A program made the position numbers and the translations under genes. This document shows, in pieces, positions 13,681 to 28,052 of a stretch of 64,000 bases of DNA. The notes beneath the pieces are model-generated. The model searched no databases. It was not told the DNA's origin and was given only the letters and a program-made list of their open reading frames with translations. Within the stretch, counting starts at the first letter, position 1, and each line of letters opens with the position of its first letter. Source of the DNA: Eledone cirrhosa (lineage: Eukaryota); contig OZ024746.1 of assembly GCA_964016885.1 (NCBI GenBank), forward strand, positions 60,512,001 through 60,576,000, written 5' to 3'.

Positions 13681-13871
13681 AATAATTGTTTCTACTTTAG
13701 AAACAAGGCCAGCAATTACCCAGTGCATTACTGGTACTTTATTTTATCGACCCCGTAAGCATGAAAGGCAAAGTCAACCTCGGCGGGATTTGAACTCAGA
13801 TCGTAAAGGGACGTAACTAAGCTGGAAAGCATGGCTTCCGACCCTTTACCAATACTGCCAATCCACCGCCC
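13681..13871 (-). mobile_element. tRNA-derived SINE, family 1
   Basis: A/B boxes, the same body as 14405-14595, and flanking direct repeat TGAGAATAAT. Confidence 0.85.
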
Positions 13872-14404
13872 TTGAGAATAATGAGAACATATCATATCTG
13901 ACAGGTCCACATTGTTGACTGCAGAAATTATATTTTATATTAAATCTTTTTGCGTAACTTTATCAAAATTTATTTCATGCTCTCTGTTCATCGGTCAGAG
14001 TGATAGTCAAATCCATTTTCAAACTGTTATTCTCACTTTCAAGTTGTAAAATCTCAACAGAGAAACAATTAGTACAGGAAAAAAAACAAAAAACTAAGAC
14101 ATTTTCTTAAACTACATTTCAGTCCCAATAACTAGCAAGGGTTACTAACAAATGTTTATTTTTATTAATTAGTACACAACATGAAATCTGATAATTGGTG
14201 CATCACAAATCAAATTCAGCAAAATAAAATTGTTCATTAGTTGTAAACCGAGTATATACAATGTATGTATATTTTTAAATATATATATATACATACCCCA
14301 CCACACACACAAAAAAAGAAAAAAAAGGGATATTGTCACATACGCATTTCAATTTATTACATCATCCTGTTATGCATATTGTACAACAATTATTTGATGT
14401 GAAA

Positions 14405-14595
14405 GGGCGGTGAATTGGCAGTATCGGTAGAGGGTCGGACGCCATGCTTTCCAGCATAGTTACGTCCCTTTACGATCTGAGTTCAAATCCTGCCGAGGTT
14501 GACTTTGCCTTTCATCCTTACGGGGTCGATAAAATAAAGTACCAGTAATGCACTGGGTAATTGCTGGCCTTGTGCCTAAAGTAGAAACAATTATT
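14405..14595 (+). mobile_element. tRNA-derived SINE, family 1
   Basis: GGGCGGTGAATTGGCAGTATCGG head, GAGTTCAAATCC B-box, and flanking direct repeat ACAATTATTTGATGTG. Confidence 0.9.
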
Positions 14596-15345
14596 TGATG
14601 TGTTGTCATTAGACAGGTATTTAGGTGTAATATTGTTTTTGATATGCTCGCCATAATATGGAGCTCGATGTTGGCAGTCCATATAAGCAAGCATATGATG
14701 TACAAATAATAGCAAGGAGTGGGGTGTATGGCTTGTTACTATTAAATGATGGAAGCAGGTCACTGGACTAAAGATGTCATGTTACTAATTGAAGTCACCA
14801 GCTTCAATTTACAAGGGGTAAAAGGTAGGTTGGTAAATTTAATTATGTATTTTCTTCTTATTTTTCTATACTTACAGCCTAGTCTGGTGTAGCTTACATA
14901 TTCAACAAGTGCTGCCCTGTTGGCACCAAATTTAAATGTTTAGAACATTCTTCTGTGGTATATATAGGTATGGGTGTGTTATGTTTATACCTATTAACAC
15001 CACATCACATGGATGTGATGACTCCTCCCACCATGAGAAGTGACACCTGGTGCTCAATTTTCAATAAACAGATGAACTTATGACCAATAACTGCCACACA
15101 TAGATATATAAACATACACACACATAGATTTACATACATATATACATAGATATTAGTGGCTCTCCGTCAGAAAAGTTGAGTGCTTCAGTTGATAACGCCA
15201 ATAGAACAGCTTGGATGGGGAATTAACATGCAGGTGGCTGAGCATTCTACACAAAGCATACCCGTAACATAGTTCTCAAAGAGATTCAGTGTGACATGGC
15301 TGGTCCTTTGAATTACAAGTACAACTAACTTTTGTCAGCTGAGTG

Positions 15346-16022
15346 CATCACTGCTTGAACCCTACTAAATTATATTTAATATATATGTTCAGTTCAATAG
15401 AGAAAATCTAATAATAAACAGGGGAGGGGATGAAGCAACAAAGTTGATAAGTTAGTTTAAGAGGTAAAAAGTCCAAAGCTAACAAATGTGTTGTAATGGT
15501 TTCTTTAACAAAACATTTAGCCTAAAACTTAAATCATATTTCAATTGTGAGTGAATTGCTTAAATATTTAAAAAATAAAAGTTAATTTAGACATTTCCAA
15601 TTGTCCAACTCTTGCTAGCAAGAGAAAAGATGTTAAAACAATGATGATTTCAATCCTTTTCTACTGACATAACCCATCTCCCACTTTATAATCAAAGGTC
15701 TTAAATTGAAATATTTGTGTGTAATATATGGTTTAGAATAGGTACACAATACCCTTGTATTGTAAGAAGTAATTTAAGAGGGTTCAATGCCAGGAAGGCA
15801 TCCCTCTATAAGGAACCCAAGATTACAGGGCCTGCTGTGGGACACAGAAGGCTAACTAATTTAGTTTGTGTTATATTTAGACATGTATTTTGACTGCCTT
15901 TTAAATAGCAGTCAATTTATGCACATGCTCATACACTTATATGGTTTTAACATTCAGCTTCTACGAAGTGGATTAAAAAAAAAAAAAATTCTGTATATAA
16001 AATATAAGAGATATCAACTATA
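15346..16022 (+). repeat. Intronic duplication copy B
   Basis: Colinear with 9844-10490, with small indels. Confidence 0.9.
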
Positions 16023-17077
16023 AAATTAATTATGAAGAAATATATTAGCTCAACACTTAAAATAATAGGAAAAGAGTCTTAATGTTTGTACATATACCAC
16101 ATTTTAGACCCCCATCTGATACACCTCCCTTGTCCAACCTATGCATACCAGCATGGAAAGCTGGACGTGCTCCCCAACAATGCTGCTGAAATAACTAAAA
16201 GCTTCCACTTCATGATGTAAGGTGCTCATGCTGGTGACATGACAAGAGAGCACTTAGTCCACCCTGTAAAGTGGTCATACTGGTGGCATGACAAAAACTG
16301 GACGTTAAACAACGATGATGATAAATATATATATATATATATACACACACACAAGATTTACTTATGTATAAGCCACATCATTTCTTTACATACAACATTC
16401 ACCATGTACCATACATTTGGAATTGAGTTTTAAGCCCAGTAGATAAGTCAGGGAACAGAAATAAGTTTCCATTTGACCACCTTTCGAATTGTTTTAATCA
16501 TGGCTTTGGGTTTGCTCTTCCTATTAACCTTTTTACTAGGTGCATTTTATCCTGCCACCAGCACTATAGAAGTTGTCTAGAGTCCTCCCTCTCCAGCCTG
16601 CATCAGTTTTTATTCAAACTGCTCTCAAACACATAGTTCTTGTGTTACAGCTTCAGAGAACCCGCATCTATCCCACTTTATGTATGTATGATATATATAT
16701 CATATCACCAACTTCAGATCTCCTACTCCTTGAAACTAAGATACAAAAATATAAAAGGTTTGTACTAAATACTTTTCAAATTAATTCTTTCATTGCCAGC
16801 ATTGATGAGCTAGTTTGGCGGGCACGAGATATGGAAAATTGACGCATTACTATATTTCTGATGACATGTATTGTATTTCAATTAATTAAAAATTTGAAGG
16901 GATTTACTTTAATTATAACTATTTCATTAAGATATTATTTTAACATAAGGTTCTTAAAACGAAATTGAGTGTGAAAAGCCATATACAATTTATTTACTAA
17001 ACCATGCTCCGGGTTTGTAATAATAATGTGACCAAAATATTATAAAGTTCCTATCAAAGCAGTGTGTATAGTCATAG

Positions 17078-17168
<91 letters not shown>

Positions 17169-17219
17169 AGAGGGAGAGAGAGAGAGAGGGAGAGAGAGAG
17201 AAAGAGAGAGAGAGAGAGA
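17078..17219. repeat. (GA)n microsatellite
   Basis: Seen directly in the sequence. Confidence 0.95.
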
Positions 17220-17767
17220 AGTGAGCATAGCTACTTCAGATCTTTCACAAACTTCATCCACACACTTTACAATGATAATCACAGCACATAATGGATTTCT
17301 TTTTTTGTTTAGGGGTGGGGTGTGGCTATTAATATCAACTAAAAAGCCTGACATTATCATCATTTTCATTTCCACTTTACCATGCCCTTTGTGCAGTTCA
17401 GCATCCTGAAATTATTCACCATTTCTGTGCACCTCTTCCTTTTACTTGGAAATTCCTGGCACTTGTTCTCCCAAATCATCTTTACTCTCATCCACACTAA
17501 CTTAACAAATCTAAGAGAGCATGTCTACACCAGCAGTCTTCTCTCTTGCATCTAATTCCTCTTATACCCAGTTTTTCTCTCAATTCATCCATGCTTCAAC
17601 GTAACAATACACCCATTTTTCCCCACTCTTTTTTTATATTTACAGGACTAAAGATGACCACCAAATTATAAAATACCCACTTCACAGAAATGGTAAGCTA
17701 CAAGAGCACTTCTCATATGCCACACTGCTCAATAAAGTGATATAGTAAAAGAAACCAGCCTTCTTAC

Positions 17768-17967
17768 CTTTTCTCTGTAAGCTCTGATCAAATTTACTCG
17801 CTGTTCACTGCCTTTAGCTTCTTCCTTTTGCTCTAGACTGCTGACAATTCTCCAGGAGGCTCGCCGAGCACCTATCACATTTTTATAGGCAACTGATAAC
17901 AGGTTTCTTTCCTCCACTGATAATTCAATACCCTGGTCAGCCACATCTTTCATGCTCTCCACCATCT
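17768..17967 (-). CDS. YWHAE: 14-3-3 epsilon, coding exon 2 ([50 protein letters not shown]...YREK)
   Basis: Contains the [20 protein letters not shown] signature, a TTTTGCAG acceptor and a GTAAGA donor. 200 nt, with phase matching exon 1. Confidence 0.97.
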
Positions 17968-18547
17968 CTGCAAAAACGGGTAAAAGAAGAAAAAAAAATC
18001 TATATATTGTAATTTCTAAATGAACAACTACTACATTTAACTTTGATACCAACCCAGCAAAAACTATTAAAATTTTCCTACATAATTTTATATCAGAACT
18101 ATGTTATAGGGGTTAACAATAATGGCTGTTCAATCGGTACCACCTCACCCATATCAAAATTAACCAATAAGAAAAAAGGCCAAAAATTTTGAGGCAAGGA
18201 GGTAAGTTGATCAAATTGACTGCAGTATTTGACTGCTACTTTATTGACCCTAGAAGGATGAAATGGAAAGTTGACCCCAGTAAAATTTTAATGTAAAGTA
18301 GTCGTACTTAAATAGGGTAAAATAATTTATCCAACATGCTAATGACTCTCCCAATTAAATAATTGACTATTCTCCTGCTCTCACATATATAATACATTAT
18401 AAATACTCGTAGATTTATTATGAAAGCTACATGGGATCAAAATGTTAAATAATGAATACAAAATATCAACACCAATAAAAGTGTGATGTATATACTGTAG
18501 TTATGTGTTTACACACACATTCAAAAACATCCAATTAGATGCATGCA

Positions 18548-18886
18548 CATCATCATCATCATCATTTCATTTTACGTCCGCTTTTCCCTGCTTGCAAGGG
18601 TGGGACGGGAACTGATTCTGGCTTGATTTCTACAGCTGGATGCCCTTCCTAACACCAACCTCATATACAGTGAGTGCTGGGTGCTTTTTTGCTGTGGCAC
18701 CTCCACGACCACTTTACAGTGGAATGATAGGGACCCCAGTCCTTATTTCATTTCTACAGCTGAGTAAACTGGAGCAATGTGAAATAAAGTGTCTTGCTCA
18801 AAGAAACAACACATCACTCGGTCTGAGAATTGAACTCACAACCTTTCGATTGCAAGGCCAATGCTCTAACCACTAAGCCATGTGCC
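18548..18886 (-). mobile_element. tRNA-derived CORE-like SINE, family 2, with RTE-derived 3' tail
   Basis: Head GGCACATGGCTTAGTGGTTAGAGC...GAGTTCAATTCTC, CORE-like TTGAGCAAGACACTT, and tail CCCTTGCAAGCAGGGAAAAGCGGACGT followed by (GAT)n. Confidence 0.85.
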
Positions 18887-21219
18887 TGAAATTTCATTAG
18901 GCATGAAACAATATACTTATATAAGATTTGGCCCTTCACATGTAACATTGGAATAGTAACATATTATAAAGTGGGTGAAGCTGTTCCATTTTTAACCCTT
19001 TTGATACCAAACTGCCTTTTTCTTGGTCTCAAAAACTTGTGGGAGTGATGAGCAATGTATTCTCAAATTGGAGACCTAGTCCAAATGATTCTAACAGATT
19101 GGAATCTATTAAAGGCTTAACACATGGTGTTAAACTAGGTAGTGGCTTAAATCTACCACAACGCAATTTAAACCCAGAGTGCAAAGAGCCAGAACAAAAA
19201 CTACAAAGCATCAGGACTGATGAATTGACCCTTTAGCATTTAGACCGGCCATATCTGGCCAGAATTTTCTCACCTCTTTCTGTTCAAATCAGCCATAACC
19301 GGCCACTCATACTGACGTTAAGGTATTGTTCTCAAAATAAATAGCATCAAAATTTAGTAGATTCGATATCATGTGAGATAATTATGGAAGAAAAAGCCTT
19401 TACCACAAAAATACAATAGTAATTATAGAGTATAAGTCTACCACCTACTAACCATGAATACTATAAAAAAAATTGCAACAACAAACAGTTACCAGAGTTT
19501 ATTTAATAGGTCCAACAATTTAGCACTTAAAAAAAAAAAAATCTTCTCATAATGCCTATTTCAATACTTTCTTCATTATCACCATTTTATGCTGGCATGG
19601 GCAGCACTAGTTGAGCACTGCCTGCTTATACATTCCTTCTTCACTCATTATTATTATTAAAAATAATTTAAAATTAAATCGGTCAGGTATCATACAAAAG
19701 TGGCTAAAATTGATAACAAAAACCAGATTTAAAATTTGAGAAAATATTGCTTTGAATTACATCAAGAAAAATATTTTGCAATACGCACACACAAAGTAAA
19801 TAAATTGCACCCCACTTTCTGATTAAACTAGTTTTGCTTCATTATTTAATATTTCAAACCCAGAGCTATATTCAGTTAATTAGGCATGCAGATTTCACAC
19901 CCAATTTTTTAAAGTAAAAAACTGCGACATATTTTCCGAATATATCAGTATGTATTTCAATATACAAAATCAATTATTTATTAATTTACAAGTATTTTTT
20001 ATGAACACTGCGACAACAGGCAAGTTCATAAAATGTAGCAAAGCAGCAATATCTGTTCACAGGTCATATGATAAATGTAGTCAAAATCAATATTTAGAGA
20101 AGCTCTATCAAGTTATAACATGAAACCTCTTCACATTAGGTGACAAAACTAGTCACACAATCGTAAATCAAGAAGCAAAAATGAAAGCAGTCAATTGTCA
20201 GATCAGACCAAAGAAATAATTGAATAAGAAAAATGGAGGGAGGTAAATTATTTTTGAAAATCTACATTAAAACAAGGACCAAAATGTCTTTTTTCAAATA
20301 ACTTCCAAGAACGTCTTGCTTCCTACCGCAAAAACGAAAGGAGTTGATTCTCAGATCGAACCAAGGAAACTATATCTCGTTGGTCATTCTATTGCTGATG
20401 CCATCTGTTGCCACAACTCCTGGCAGAAGCAAGTGGGATTTAAATTAAGAATGCAGAGCTGTATTAGATGCTGTAAAGCATCCTGTCCAACAATTTTGCA
20501 ATTCCACATACTACACCCCTAGACAAGTACTTTATTTAATCGATCTCCCAAAAGATGGATATCCAAATTAACCTCGATGTAATTCGAACATAGCACAGTG
20601 GAGTGGCGTTTTAATCCAACACCCCAATGACTGCTAATTCTGCCAAAAATTAAATCGAATAATACAATGAATTCTTTTTTTTTTTAAGCTTAATTTACCA
20701 ATATCTCTAGCAACACTTAACAAGAATCAGTAAAATGTTAAGCTATTTGATTTTGATTTAAATAGAAAGACATTCACAAACAATAAAAACAAATTTTTAA
20801 TCCGTTATTCAATTAACTTAATACTTTAAAATTCCACTTCATAAAATAAAAAAACCATTTAAAACTGAAAACTAAATACCAAGCAGCTAGGTTGACCTAA
20901 TCAGGCTATATTTTCTAGATTTACAGAAAGCCTGTCAAAAACAGGGCTAAATTAAACATGATTCATAGGTAAATTCCACCGAGCTAAAACATTGTTAGGC
21001 AGCAGTCTCTCTGACATGACTATGTTGTTAGCCTACTTTTTGTATTTTAGAAGTTCAAATTCCAAAAGAAAAAGAAAAAAAAAAAAAAAAGACCATTTTT
21101 TTTCTTTCCATTTTCATTTAAATGCAATGACAAATATCACAATGTTTAATTTTAGTTAAAAAAAACTAGAAGCAAAAAGTTAATTATAGAAATAAATCTA
21201 CAATTCAAGGTCAACTTAT

Positions 21220-21255
<36 letters not shown>

Positions 21256-21258
21256 CAT

Positions 21259-21303
<45 letters not shown>

Positions 21304-22200
21304 TGTGTGTATGTACACACACAGTAAGAGAGGATAACTAGAATTTCTAAAACAAAAAAATAAAATAAAAAAATTATAGGTAGTGATAGAAGAGAACTGA
21401 AGTAAAGAACATCACTCAATTTAATGAATAACTAAACCAGCTAGGGACAAACTGCAGCCTGTTTGGCTTTCTGAATGGTATGCCTAATTTCAAAATTGCC
21501 TTGAATGTTTTAGTAATGCGACCCACTACTAGAACTAAATCAACATTATTAACTGAATAGCCCTAGATAACAAGACAATCAACATTTGAAGACCGGCACA
21601 TACACACAATTAGTGGACTGGCGATATGCTATACCACAAAAAACAAACACACACACCCAGGTTACCCTTTAAGGTAGCTAGCTGTTAGGAAGGGAATCCA
21701 GCCATAGAAACCAAGTCAAATATGAAATGAGCAAGATGTGTTCACCTGACTGGTCTCACCTCAAAACATGATACCCAATCAACCCATGCCAAACCTGGAA
21801 ATAATTTTACAAATATACAAACACACACACATATATATAACCTGCATTTTTCCATGCTGGCTTAGAGTTTAGACAGGTAATCACAGACCAAGCCAGTTCT
21901 TAATCTGGAGTTACTGACAAGATGGGCAGGCACCACATCTCATGTTCTGCTTTCAACATGGCTTCAACAACTACCATATACTTATATATATATATATATA
22001 CACACACATCCCCTTACTATATTTCTTTTTTTTTTTTTTTTTGCCCGTTAAACTTTTTTGTCTTTCTTGAGGAGATTTTTCAAATATTTCAGTTTTAAAT
22101 TGCCTTGGCTGACGAACCACTGCGGACGTTTCTTGTATTTGTATTATTCGGGAAACCTCTGGTAATGAGGTAATTATACCATATTTTTTATTATACATTA

Positions 22201-22236
<36 letters not shown>

Positions 22237-22308
22237 TACACTCAAGATTCTACAAATTTACACCATCATTACTTAATGAAACAGACTACCACCTTAGAAA
22301 CACACATA

Positions 22309-22429
22309 TCTAAATTAATTAATTTATTAATTTAGTTTTACTTTGATTATGTGTGTGTGTGTGTAAATACACACACAGAACCAAGGTAAAACTAAATTAA
22401 TAAACTAATTTATTTCTTTTTAATTTAGA
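22309..22429. repeat. Imperfect ~120-bp palindrome (MITE-like)
   Basis: TTTATTAATTTAGTTTTACTTTG pairs with CAAGGTAAAACTAAATTAATAAA around a GT/CA core. Confidence 0.6.
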
Positions 22430-24145
22430 TTACCAAACCAACTCCAATATCTATGAATTGGTTAATTTTCCCTTTCCAAAACTATCTTCAACAGTCTTGG
22501 ACCAAAAGCCACAACCTGTAAAACTAACAATGAGCAGGCTAACCAAAGACCACAAATATGTATATTCTAAACTAGACATACAGGTGCAATGCTTATCCTA
22601 TCTGCTCATATCATTCTCCATATAATCACATACATACAAAATTGAAACTATGACAAAAGCAATGAAAGAGGGTTATGTTTGATGTTATTAACTCCATTAT
22701 CCTATTGGGTACCACTAATTAATTGTCAGATACCATAAGCTATTTAGTTCACACTCAAAATTGATCATACCACATTCTACAGCAAGTACTTGCTAGTTGC
22801 AGTCAACACTATAAAGTATTTCACAAAATCTGATAATTCATAATCCTTTTTTTCGTGTTTGATAAGTACGACTTTAAATGGAAATAAAATTTCACAAATT
22901 ACATTTTTCCTGGTTTAGAATTTTTATTTATAAATTATTATATCTTGGTATAGACTCATGTTCTTTGAAAAACATCAGATGTTGCTTGATGGTCCCAGCA
23001 GACAAGAATGGTAAATGCATTATCCCAGAGGTTTATTCAAAAGAACCTTTTTATATAAATAGTATATTTACTGGTTAAACTAACATTTTTTGTTCTAACT
23101 AAATGAAATACCTTGAAATTATATATATATACATATAACTGTTTAATTTGATATCTGTACACATAGAATACAGATGTAACCTAGTCTCGTAATCATGTCA
23201 AATTTACCTATTTCTCTGCAAATTGAAAAGGATGAATATTCTTGATATGTACAGATATGTTTTGTATACTTCGACTTAGTACACAATTTAAGAAAATTTC
23301 ACCAGATGACATATGGACAACATTTAAAAGTAACGAGTTATAGTTCCTAGTTTCGGCATGATCTTTATTCAAACAAATTCCTTCACTATGCTGCTCAAAC
23401 AGCAAGACAATTTATAACATTGTTCGGAATGTATCACCACCACTACCATTATCACTACATTCCACAGTGATTTCAGTCTGTAGCAGGAAGTTGTTTCCAA
23501 TAGATTATACTATATCACCACCACCACAAGTAGTAGTAGTTTAACATTAATGTATGTAATATCAATAAAATGGATAATTATTAAGGGAAAGAACCGAGTC
23601 AGAAGGGAACCAAGGCAGTTACTGTTTGAAATTGTTAATACCTCGTCATTTTAAGAATACAGAATGTAGTGAAGGTTTCAGGAAACCATCTCCCCTTGTT
23701 GTTAATACTCATTATCTTGGATCATGCGAAAAGTGCTGGGAACTAAGTATACACTCAAAATGAAGTAGAAATGATTTGGGGTTGAAATCGTAAAAAAAGA
23801 AAAACCATCAACTCGTTAATTACATTTCTTGATATTCGAGGAGATCATCGCTCAAACTATTTGAGTAGTCGACAAAAGATCTATATCATATGAAAATGAT
23901 TCTCATTACAAATCATATTTGAGGGGATCGCCACCCACAAACTACGAGAAGTCAACAAAAGACCTATATATTTTTTTTAATATTCAAGACTGCTAACAAA
24001 TGTGTGTGTGTGGTCTTCCTAGAGTTAGTTATATGCGCGTTTGGATCTAAGATGAGTTTTAAAATATTTAATTCTATTCGTGTTTCCGTAAATCAATAAG
24101 TACATTTATACGAATGAATAATTGCTAAAACCTGTAGCCATTATT

Positions 24146-24320
24146 GGATTGGCAGTATCGGTAGAGAGTCGGAATGCTTTGCAGCATACAGTTACGGCTC
24201 TTGCCATTCTGAGTTCAAATCCCGCCGAGGTTAACTTTGCCTTTCATCCTTACGAGGTCGATAAAATAAAGTACCAGTAATGCACTGGATAATTGCTGTC
24301 TTGTGCCAAAAGTAGAAACA
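24146..24320 (+). mobile_element. tRNA-derived SINE, family 1
   Basis: Closely matches 14405-14595. Confidence 0.85.
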
Positions 24321-25080
24321 TTACATCTCTATTTGTCCATACCATGATAACGATCACAAGAAGTCAAGTGACCATTTTAGAAGCCATCTATACATACATC
24401 ATTTGAGTTTTGCGTTTTAAATGAACTAGAGCAATGTGCCAACCTTTTAGAGTTTATTAAATACACGCAATACAACTTCGAGCAAAATTGATACAGAAGT
24501 CAAATAGATTTTATTTAAACCAAAGTCTGTAGTGAATGAAGCAGCCCAATCTAGAGTGGTTAATATTTAACCTATCTCTAATTATTATTAGTTGATCATA
24601 AACCGTCACAACAATGCCTATTACCAAAATGTTATTGTATTCATGTTATTACTACTACTGTATCTCTTATTTTTAGAACTTGCTTATTGATCAAATACTA
24701 TAAAAATTCAAACCGAACAAGTTCTTATTCATGAGAATGACATTTGAAATAAAGGAGTTACCATCCATATAATTGCAAGCCACATTTTAAAGATGTATAA
24801 ATAATAAAAAATGTTTCTAATAATTTCGGTAATTTGGGGAAGCAGAAAGACGATTAAATAAACCTCATTACTTCACTGGTACTTTATTTCATCGACCTCG
24901 AAAGGACGAAGGCTATGTTGAATTCTGTGATTTGAACGTAAAGAGCCAGAACAACTATCGCAAATCATATTATCCAACGCTTTAATGAGTCTGCCAATCC
25001 GCCGCCCTTGTTACTCATGTTTTTTTCTTCTTTCTAATAAGAGGTAGATAGCATTAATTATTATTACCATTATTATTATT

Positions 25081-25195
25081 GTTCGAATCCAGCCGAGGTT
25101 ATCTTTGCCTTTCATTCTTAGGGGGTCGATAAAATAAAGTACCCGTAATGCACTGGGATAATTGCTGGCCTTGTGCCAAAAGTAGAAACAATTAT
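25081..25195 (+). mobile_element. 5'-truncated SINE, family 1
   Basis: Starts at the B-box GTTCGAATCC and has the same central and 3' domains. Confidence 0.8.
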
Positions 25196-26006
25196 TATGA
25201 TTATCTACATCTACAATTTAACTAGGAGAGGACGTGATGACGCCTGCTGCTAACAACTGTACATTTGTTTATCTTCCTATCGCTATCTTATCTGCAAGAG
25301 AACTTTACAACCATCTTTAGAAATACTCAGAAATAATTCAGTCGTTAAGATCCATTCCATAATCATATTTCAATTAATTTGGAAAATAAGATGTTTCTTA
25401 AATACAAATTATGATAGATTTTAATTTAATATAAATAATCAGATGAGGGTTATATTAAAAGGGTTAATTTATAATAAATATTAGTTTCTCACTCATACGG
25501 AGAAGGGTGGACACTTGATTGAATCGACCCTCGGTGAGATGAAGTCGATTCAAACGAGATTTGAAACTGAGAACGCAGTGTAACGTTCTCTACCGTTTCT
25601 CACATCCCAGTGCTATCAAAAGTAATAACTGTTTTTGTTAGAGATCACCGAGACACAGTCCATCCATAATTAACCCAATTTTTAAGGCAATCGTAGACAG
25701 GGATAAGACTACGTTAAGACACAAAACATTTGTTAGTTTTATTTTTTGCTTTTTGAAATTTAAACTTGGGCTTTCAGGTTTTTCCAAGAGAGCGATCTAC
25801 AATTAAATCTAAATATTCCGATGGAGTAGAGGCCTTTGTAAAGCAAAGCAAGTCTTGCTCACATGATTAGCAGTTAGTTATACAGCAGAGAAGCGAGACG
25901 AGAAGAGACCAAATAAAACTACTACTACTGTTTCTTTCCACTCCAGCTAGCCAGCCATTTTTTTTCTCTTTCGAAGGTTCATGGGGGAGAGGTGCGTATG
26001 TATGTA

Positions 26007-26055
<49 letters not shown>

Positions 26056-26320
26056 CACAAAGATTGAAAAACGATGCTTCAGCAGTGACGAGAACAGTTT
26101 CCATCCTCAAGACATCTATTTATTGTGTAATTAGAACCCGCCTACATTGCTATTGTGTGACGAATATATGTATATACATATACACACACATATACACAAA
26201 AACGAATTCCACATTTTATCAGTGTTATCGTGGCCGTTATATAGTACCAACACCTCCTCTCCAAAATGTGAGAAGCAGTGGTGATTTTATATTTATATAT
26301 ATATATACACATACAGATAG

Positions 26321-26351
<31 letters not shown>

Positions 26352-27226
26352 CAGATATATATATATATATATACATATATATACATACAGATATATATAT
26401 ATATATATATATACATATATATACATACAGATATATGAATGTGATACTTTGCTGACAATAGTCAAACTACTACTAGTTGCAGCAGTGTGGTTGTAATAGT
26501 AGCTGCACTACCACTACTAGCTACTGTTATATTAAACCGATACGAGAACAGTTACATTAACACATTATTATTAACCCAGGGTCGATAAAATTAAGTACCA
26601 GTCAAGTACTTGGGTAGATGTAATTGAGCCCCACCAAAATTAAAAAAAATCCAGGGTCGATTTAATCGACTTTCCCTCCTCACTCTAAAATTGCTGGTCT
26701 TGTCTAAATTTAGAAACCCATCATTATTATTATTATTAATTAATACGTAGATATAAAATTAGGGAACTTCCTATATAGCAACGACTGACTAATAATTTAT
26801 AAAGGCAGCTCACACAAAACATTGTCATGCGTCCATGCTGAAGCACTTTGCGTGAAGTAAAATGTTTGGTTTATTTTATAGAGACACCATCAAATTTACC
26901 CCTTAACACCAATGGCTTCTAATTTAGATACAAGCCCAGTAGTTTAAAAGAGAGCGGAAAGTCAATTAAATCGACCACAGTACTAGACTGGTATGTTAGT
27001 TTATCGATCCTCAAAAGCAAAACATTTAGTCTTGTATTAACACAAAGCTACACATTCATTCGTATATAGGTGGGTTAAGGTTAGGACATTGGTTTAATTT
27101 AATATGTCCCAGTAAACACTATGTGCTAATTTGATTGAATCTAGTGGACAGTTTGAAATCAAACCCTTTTAAAAAAATCTCACAAAACTAAAAACTTAAT
27201 ACATTTACTCAATTATTATTATTAGA

Positions 27227-27428
27227 TCGGTGGATTGGCAGTATCAGTAGAGCGTCGTAGAACACGTTTGGCGGCCCTTTACGTTCTGAGTTCAAATCCT
27301 GCCGAGGTTATCTTTGACTTATACTTTTACAGGGTCGACAAAATAAAGTACTAGTTACGCATTGGGGTCGATTCAATCGACTTTGCTTTTCCAAATTGCT
27401 GGACATGTGCCAAAAATAGAAAGAATTA
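27227..27428 (+). mobile_element. tRNA-derived SINE, family 1 (diverged)
   Basis: Same head, B-box and central domain. Confidence 0.8.
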
Positions 27429-27925
27429 TGACATATAGGCCTACATATTAAAGTGTGCAGTACTAAATTGAATATTAATATTACTAGTTTAAATTAGTAA
27501 CTTCTCTATATCGACACAAGTACATTATTGGCACTCATCAAAAGCACTGCAACAAATTCCGTTGAAGAACATCATCTGAAGCAATTGATCTGGATCACAA
27601 TTATAGTGTCTCATTTTCATAATTGGACACATCTAATGGAAGGTTTTCAAATAAACACATCTCTAACCATTTCTAACATAGCACAAACACCACCTCTAAT
27701 TTGGAGGAAAAGGAGTAGTGTCAGTTTAATAACCCCTTCCCCAATACTCATTATATACCAAGGAATGCACGCCATCTTTATAAAAAAAAACTCAACAAAT
27801 ATGTATTAAGTACTCATGTAATAATGATCTCTTTTACATTTATAATACTTAGAAAACCAGCAGCACCATTTTACGTATATCATCCATGACTACATTGTGA
27901 ATAAGATAAGCCCTACGATCAAGCC

Positions 27926-28052
<127 letters not shown>

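Noticed and set aside
18810-18886. tRNA genes at SINE heads
   Set aside because: A/B boxes are present but there is no complete cloverleaf, and the sequence continues into SINE bodies.
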